Origin: Myxococcales bacterium
GTDB lineage: Bacteria > Desulfobacterota > Binatia > HRBIN30
Length of the DNA: 18,600 bases
NCBI GenBank assembly: GCA_037445065.1
Contig: JBBILD010000034.1
Location: 1 to 18,600, forward strand
Direction: 5' to 3'
Shown here piece by piece: positions 13,514 to 18,600 of the stretch. Below the pieces are notes generated by a model that did no database searches, was not told where the DNA came from, and saw nothing but the letters and a program-made list of their open reading frames with translations. Every line of letters begins with the position of its first letter. Positions within the stretch are counted from its first letter, which is position 1. Made by a program: the position numbers and the translations under genes.

Positions 13514-14806
13514 GTGCTGACCTTTGTTTGGGTGCGCTGCGCACTCGTTCTTGTACTTGGGTACGTCTGCTTCGCGACCCCGGGGTCGGACGGCTGGCCC
13601 TGGGGTGTGGATCAGTGGTTGTGGACCGGCCTGCGCGACTACCCGCTCGAGAGGATCCGCTACCTGCCCCTGTTGGTGGCAGGACTGATGGTCGCCGCCG
13701 ATGTGGTGGCGCGCTTTTTGCCGCCGGTGCGCCTGCGGGCCCGGCGGCGCTTTTTGTGGGCGGCCGCCGTTGCCTTGGCAATGGCTGGTTGGTTTCTCGC
13801 CTTCCGCGTGCGCCATTGGCTCGGGGATTTGCACGGCGTGGACCAATGGCCGCTGCCAGACTGGAAGCTCGAAACCGCGGAGCCGCTCGGCGCTTTGACC
13901 TGGCACTACACCATGCATTGGGCCGATCGCATCGGCCTGCTCCCGTCAGAGGCGTGTCAACTGGTTTCGGTGTTATCCGGTGGGTTCGCTGCCGCGGCGC
14001 TGTTTTTATGGGCGGAGCGCCTGACCGACCGCTGGCCGCTGTTACTCCTGATGATGGTCTCTGCAGGGTTCACAGTCCTGTTCTACGGCTATCCGGAGAA
14101 GGGAACGCCGAAGTCACTCGCCCTTCTGTGCTGGTACGTCTATGCGGGAACACGGGCGCTTCAGTCTGGCAGCACCGCGTGGATGCTCGCTTCGAGCGTG
14201 TTGCTTTCTTTGGCTGCTTTGATGCACGGCGGGGCACTGAGCTTTCTTCCGGCCCACGTATGGGTGATTTGGCGCCAGGTGAGGTGGACGCGCGCTTTCC
14301 TTGGCGTGGCCGGATTCCTTGTTCCCATCGCGGTGATCGCCGCTTACGCGTGGGCTGGCGCCCCGTATGTAGGTGGTAAGTGGGGCAACGTGGCCGCCCC
14401 AATGCAGTGGATCAAAGCCTACTGCATCACGAACTGCGGCTACGACTTCTTTAGTTGGCGGCATCTGCGCGACATCGTGAACTGCCTGATGGTGCTGGCG
14501 CCGGTGGCGACTTTGTGCCTACCGGAAGCGCTGTTCCGGGCGCGCGGCTCGGACCCCGTTGCCCGCTGGCTCGCGTTGGGGAGCCTGGGCTTCTTGTTTT
14601 TGTCGTCGTTCTGGTTCCCGGTGTTCGGATACTACGCGGATTGGGACATCTTTTCGTTTACCCCGTACGTGGTTTCGGCTCTGAGTGCGTACGTTGCATT
14701 GCAGCACCTGCCCGCGAAAAGCTTCCAAGGGTTGGCCGCATCGTGGATCGTGAGTAACGGGATTCACACGTACTCGTTCTGGCGCGCGTTTCAGGAACTC
14801 CTGTGA
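13514..14806 (+). CDS. Polytopic membrane protein, possibly GT-C-fold glycosyltransferase-like
   Basis: About 10 or more hydrophobic segments, with loops carrying ETAEPLG, FYGYPEK and DWDIF. Start codon uncertain. Confidence 0.7.
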   Translation: MLTFVWVRCALVLVLGYVCFATPGSDGWPWGVDQWLWTGLRDYPLERIRYLPLLVAGLMVAADVVARFLPPVRLRARRRFLWAAAVALAMAGWFLAFRVRHWLGDLHGVDQWPLPDWKLETAEPLGALTWHYTMHWADRIGLLPSEACQLVSVLSGGFAAAALFLWAERLTDRWPLLLLMMVSAGFTVLFYGYPEKGTPKSLALLCWYVYAGTRALQSGSTAWMLASSVLLSLAALMHGGALSFLPAHVWVIWRQVRWTRAFLGVAGFLVPIAVIAAYAWAGAPYVGGKWGNVAAPMQWIKAYCITNCGYDFFSWRHLRDIVNCLMVLAPVATLCLPEALFRARGSDPVARWLALGSLGFLFLSSFWFPVFGYYADWDIFSFTPYVVSALSAYVALQHLPAKSFQGLAASWIVSNGIHTYSFWRAFQELL

Positions 14807-14936
14807 GGGTGCGGCGGGGCGCGGTCTCCTGCTGCAAAGAAGGCTGCGTCCCCCGGGTGGCCGCTGGAAGTGGGCGGGCTGGAAGTGCGCGCAGGCCCCT
14901 ACCGTTGACTTTTCCGTTCATGCTACAGGGGCGCGC

Positions 14937-16334
14937 ATGGCAGAGCGCGGCGTGCAGGGAATGCTCACGGGACCGGAACTACGGGACCTCGTCAACCGGG
15001 GCGAGATTGACACTGTGCTGACCGTCTTCCCGGACTTGTACGGGCGCCTCGTGGGCAAGCGGATCAGCGGTCACTACTTTTGTGAAGAGGTCCTCGAGCA
15101 CGGGATGCACGCCTGCGATTACCTGCTTGCCTGCGACATGGAGATGGACCCCGTCCCCGGCTACCGCTTCGCTTCCTGGGAGCAGGGGTACGGAGACGTG
15201 CGCTGCGTGCCCGACCTGAGCACCTTGCGCCGGGCTTCTTGGCTCGAGCGAACAGCACTCGTGTTGTGCGATGTTCTCAACGAAGAGACCGGCGAGCCCG
15301 TTCCGGTAGCGCCGCGCACGATTCTCAAGCGGCAAGTGGAGCGGGCTGCGCAAATGGGCCTGCGGGCCATGGGCGCGTCTGAACTCGAGTTCTTTGTCCT
15401 GCGCGAAACGTACGACTCCGCGGCGCGGAAGAACTTCGAGAACTTGGAGACCTTCGGTTGGTACATTGAGGATTATCATGTTTTGCAGGGTACCAAGGTC
15501 GAGGGCCTGATCGGCGCCATCCGCCGCCATCTCGATGCTTCCGGCATTCCGGTGGAGTTCTCCAAGGGGGAGTGGGGGCCCGGCCAGCACGAAATTAACG
15601 TGCGCTTTACCGACTTTTTGCAGATGGCCGACCGGCACGCGATTTACAAACAGGTCGCCAAGGAGGTGGCGATTCAACAAGGGTTGGCGGTGACCTTCAT
15701 GGCGAAGTTCGACGAACGCTTGGCAGGTAGCTCGATGCATCTGCACTCGAGCTTGTGGAGCTTGGATCCAGTGAAGCCCCTCTTCGCGGCTGCCCCGCCA
15801 GTGGAGGGTGATGTGCGTACCTTGCCAGATGTCTTCCGCTGGTGGCTTGGCGGACTCATGCACCATGCTCGGGCATGCACATTACTGTTCGCCCCCTACG
15901 TGAATTCTTACAAGCGCTTCCGGGCTGGATCGTTCGCGCCCACGGGAATCGCTTGGTCGTACGATAACCGCACTGCGGGGTTTCGCGTCGTCGGGCACGG
16001 GGCCTCGCTGCGTGTAGAGTGCCGCATCCCAGGTGCGGACGCCAACCCGTACCTTGCCTTTGCCGCGACCTTGGCTGCCGGCCTGGATGGGATTGCCCAA
16101 AAGATGGAGCCGCCCCCCATGTTTCGCGGGGACGTGTATGCCGCCAAGGACATTCCCACCGTACCGCACTCGTTGCCAGAGGCCATTGCAGAGTTCGAGC
16201 GGTCGGGGCTGTTCCGCTCGGCGTTCGGCGAGGAAGTGGTAGAGCACCTGGTGCACTTTGCGCGCACCGAACAGCGCAAGTTCGATGAGGCGGTGACCTC
16301 GTGGGAGCGGCGGCGGTACTTGGAACGTGCCTAA
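14937..16334 (+). CDS. Glutamine synthetase-like gamma-glutamyl-amine ligase (GlnA4/PuuA type)
   Basis: D.YGRL.GKR, GYGD, SELEFF, KGEWGPGQHEIN, TFMAK, GSSMHLHSSLW, NSYKRF, DNRT, RVECRIPGADANPYL. Operon context points to amine catabolism rather than GSI. Alternative start ATG 14961. Confidence 0.9.
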   Translation: MAERGVQGMLTGPELRDLVNRGEIDTVLTVFPDLYGRLVGKRISGHYFCEEVLEHGMHACDYLLACDMEMDPVPGYRFASWEQGYGDVRCVPDLSTLRRASWLERTALVLCDVLNEETGEPVPVAPRTILKRQVERAAQMGLRAMGASELEFFVLRETYDSAARKNFENLETFGWYIEDYHVLQGTKVEGLIGAIRRHLDASGIPVEFSKGEWGPGQHEINVRFTDFLQMADRHAIYKQVAKEVAIQQGLAVTFMAKFDERLAGSSMHLHSSLWSLDPVKPLFAAAPPVEGDVRTLPDVFRWWLGGLMHHARACTLLFAPYVNSYKRFRAGSFAPTGIAWSYDNRTAGFRVVGHGASLRVECRIPGADANPYLAFAATLAAGLDGIAQKMEPPPMFRGDVYAAKDIPTVPHSLPEAIAEFERSGLFRSAFGEEVVEHLVHFARTEQRKFDEAVTSWERRRYLERA

Positions 16335-17088
16335 CGCGACCATGCCTGCGCCGCTGATCGGAATCACTTCGTATGCTCGTGAGGGAGAGGAACTGCCGCT
16401 GTTCAGTTTGCCCGCCGCGTATGTGGACCGCTTGCGGCAAGCCGGAGGGGTTCCAGTCATCCTCCCCGCCGGGGAAGACGATCCGGTCTCCATTCTGTCC
16501 CATCTCGATGGGCTGGTGATGTCGGGGGGCGGAGACGTGGCGCCGGCCGCCTATGGTGGCGAGATGCACGAGACTGTGTACTCGGTGAGCGAAGAACGGG
16601 ACCAGTTCGAGTTCCGACTGCTGCGCGCGGCGCTGGACTGTGCAAGCCTGCCCATCCTGTGCATCTGCCGTGGGTTGCAGGTCCTGAACGTGCTCAGCGG
16701 GGGCACGCTCCATGTGCACGTACCGGAACGAATCGGAGACAAGGTGCCGCACCGCATTCCACCGCGCCTCACTTGCCGGCACCCGGTCCGCGTCGCTCCC
16801 GACAGTCGCCTCGCGGGCATTTTGGGAGTTCAGGAACTCAGCGTGTGTTCGTGGCACCATCAAGGGGTGGATGTGCTGGGCGCCGATTTGCGCGCCGTGG
16901 CATGGGCTCCGGACGGCTTAATCGAGGCAGTAGAGCACCTGCGGCACCCTTGGTGTATTGGTGTGCAGTGGCACCCGGAGATGGATGGAGACGACCCGCG
17001 GCAGCAGAGGTTGTTCGAGGCCTTCGTGCAGGAGGCACAGCGAGCGAGGAGCAGAAGGGAGAACGATGGCAGGGAGACTGAGTGGTAA
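16327..17088 (+). CDS. Gamma-glutamyl-gamma-aminobutyrate hydrolase family (peptidase C26, PuuD-like)
   Basis: PLIGIT, SGGGDV.P..YG, ERD.FE, nucleophile ICRGLQ, HHQ, GVQWHPE. Start is either GTG 16327 or ATG 16342. Confidence 0.9.
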   Translation: MPNATMPAPLIGITSYAREGEELPLFSLPAAYVDRLRQAGGVPVILPAGEDDPVSILSHLDGLVMSGGGDVAPAAYGGEMHETVYSVSEERDQFEFRLLRAALDCASLPILCICRGLQVLNVLSGGTLHVHVPERIGDKVPHRIPPRLTCRHPVRVAPDSRLAGILGVQELSVCSWHHQGVDVLGADLRAVAWAPDGLIEAVEHLRHPWCIGVQWHPEMDGDDPRQQRLFEAFVQEAQRARSRRENDGRETEW

Positions 17089-17845
17089 AGTGGCACTGAT
17101 TACGGGCGCCTCGGGGGGCATCGGCCGGGCCACGGCGCTTCGGTTTGCGGAAGAGGGTGCGGCGTTGTTTTTGGTAGATGCCGATGCGGAGCGCGGTCGC
17201 TCCCTCGTTCGGGAATTGGAAGAGCGTGGCGCGCGGGTTGGTTTTTTCGAAGCCGACGTTGCCAAAGAAGTTCACTGCCGAGCGATGGTGGAAGCGGCGG
17301 AGAAAACTTTTGGCGCCCTGCACATCCTGTTCAATAACGCGGGCATTTTCCCGGATGAGGACGGCTCGGTGGTGGAAACTTCCGATGCGGTGCTGCAACG
17401 GGTGCTCGAGGTGAACGTGAAGGGCGTGTTTTTCGGCTGCAAGTACGGGATCCCAGCCTTGTTGTGTGCGGGTGGCGGTTCGATCATCAACACCGCCTCG
17501 TTCGTCGCGGTGATGGGGGCGGCGACTTCGCAAAGCGCTTACACCGCGTCCAAGGGCGCAGTGCTGGCGCTCACCCGCGAGATCGCCGTCGAGTTTGCGC
17601 GCCGGAAGATTCGTGCCAACGCGCTGTGCCCGGGCCCGGTGAACACGCCCCTGCTGCAGAACCTGCTTTCCGACCCGGTACGCCGTGCTCGCCGCTTGGT
17701 GCACATTCCGATGGGACGCTTGGCTGAGCCGGTGGAAGTGGCAAACGCGGTGGTGTTCTTGGCCTCGGATGAATCGTCGTACGTCACAGGAACCACGTTC
17801 TTGGTCGATGGCGGGATTACGGCCGCCTATGTCACCCCTGAGTGA
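17066..17845 (+). CDS. Short-chain dehydrogenase/reductase (259 aa)
   Basis: Start at ATG 17066 (MAGRLSGKVALITGASGGIG) after GGGAG. NNAG, TAS, YTASK and CPGPVNT motifs. Confidence 0.92.
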   Translation: MAGRLSGKVALITGASGGIGRATALRFAEEGAALFLVDADAERGRSLVRELEERGARVGFFEADVAKEVHCRAMVEAAEKTFGALHILFNNAGIFPDEDGSVVETSDAVLQRVLEVNVKGVFFGCKYGIPALLCAGGGSIINTASFVAVMGAATSQSAYTASKGAVLALTREIAVEFARRKIRANALCPGPVNTPLLQNLLSDPVRRARRLVHIPMGRLAEPVEVANAVVFLASDESSYVTGTTFLVDGGITAAYVTPE

Positions 17846-17860
17846 GGAAGCGGAGGCAGC

Positions 17861-18600
17861 ATGCACGGATTGCTGATCGGAGACCGCAGACCTCCGGGTC
17901 GGGGCAAACCCTTGGCGATCGTCGAGCCAGCCACCGGACAGGTGTTCGAGGAGGTCGGGGCTGCCACGGCGGCGGATCTGGAGGAGGCGGTTGCAACGGC
18001 ACGCGGCGCATTCCCGGATTGGTCGCGTCTCACCGCGTTTCAGCGCGGCGAACTGTTGTTTCGGTTTGCGGACCTGGTCTTCGCACACCGGGAGGAGTTG
18101 GCCCGGATCGAGGCGCGCAACGTCGGCAAGCCGATTGCCGATGCACGCTGGGAGGCAAACCATGTGGCCGAGACGATTCGCTACTACGCCGGTGCGGCAG
18201 ATAAATTTTTCGGGCAGACCATCGAGGTGAAGAAGGGTGGCCTGGATCTCACGCTGCACGTGCCGCTGGGGGTGGTGGGTCTCATCGTGCCGTGGAACTT
18301 CCCGATGGTGATTGCCACCTGGAAGCTCGCGCCGGCCCTCGCGTGCGGGAACACAGTCGTCCTCAAGCCGGCAAGTTTAACTCCGCTCACTGCCCTTCGG
18401 CTGGGCGAGTTGGCGCTGCAAGCCGGGATTCCCCCGGGAGTGATCAACGTAGTTCCGGGCCCGGGTGCCGAAATCGGGCAGGCCCTGGCGGCTCATCCCG
18501 ACGTGGCCAAGATCGGCTTCACGGGCGAGACGGCGACGGGGCGGCAGATCATGGCCACCGCTGCGCAAACAATCAAACGGGTGGGCTTGGAACTGGGCGG
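17861..18600 (+). CDS. NAD-dependent aldehyde dehydrogenase (partial, runs off window end)
   Basis: Absent from the ORF track because it has no stop in the window. Manual translation from ATG 17861 (GGAGG SD) gives MHGLLIG…EARNVGKP…IVPWNFP…LAPALACGNTVVLKPA…FTGET.TG…KRVGLELG. Confidence 0.92.
   Translation, partial: MHGLLIGDRRPPGRGKPLAIVEPATGQVFEEVGAATAADLEEAVATARGAFPDWSRLTAFQRGELLFRFADLVFAHREELARIEARNVGKPIADARWEANHVAETIRYYAGAADKFFGQTIEVKKGGLDLTLHVPLGVVGLIVPWNFPMVIATWKLAPALACGNTVVLKPASLTPLTALRLGELALQAGIPPGVINVVPGPGAEIGQALAAHPDVAKIGFTGETATGRQIMATAAQTIKRVGLELG

Noticed and set aside
12168..13781. 537-aa minus-strand ORF
   Set aside because: Antisense shadow of engB, DUF72 and the membrane protein gene. 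R/P/A-rich with no domain.
13363..14379. 338-aa plus-strand alternative-frame ORF
   Set aside because: Overlaps the membrane protein gene out of frame, with R/G-rich composition typical of GC-rich off-frames.
17842..18230. ORF-track calls 17842-18204 and 17991-18230
   Set aside because: Wrong frames. The real gene is the aldehyde dehydrogenase starting at 17861 and running off the window.
16838..18259. 473-aa minus-strand ORF
   Set aside because: Antisense to well-supported SDR and aldehyde dehydrogenase genes. Long antisense ORFs are common opposite GC-rich dehydrogenase genes.

Overview
GC-rich bacterial chromosomal window made up mostly of core and metabolic genes. The gene set and protein style suggest a Deltaproteobacteria-related lineage such as Binatia, but that is only an inference. 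Left arm (minus strand): Nudix CoA-pyrophosphatase-like gene, ThiS/MoaD-family sulfur carrier (TtuB-like), TtuA-like tRNA 2-thiolase, TrmI m1A58 methyltransferase, a divergent 5-formyl-THF cyclo-ligase-family gene and a small membrane-anchored hypothetical gene. Diverging on the plus strand are rpoZ, dnaJ, a CbpM/MerR-like gene and rpoH. A ~1.07 kb stretch with no convincing gene but many REP-like and heptamer repeats follows. After it come a TPP enzyme (HACL/ALS-like), a COG1058 protein, an exported hypothetical protein, an SRPBCC protein, EngB, DUF72 and a polytopic membrane protein. The window ends in a gamma-glutamylation catabolic operon (GlnA4/PuuA-like, PuuD-like, SDR, and an aldehyde dehydrogenase cut by the window end). 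No rRNA, tRNA, CRISPR array, integrase or transposase was recognised. The most notable items are the ttuB-ttuA-trmI T-loop modification cluster with a C-terminally capped sulfur carrier (…SGG-SS), two non-coding repeat-rich regions (91-234 and 7548-8340), and the dnaJ-cbpM-rpoH linkage. All calls come from motif reading by eye; no searches were run.
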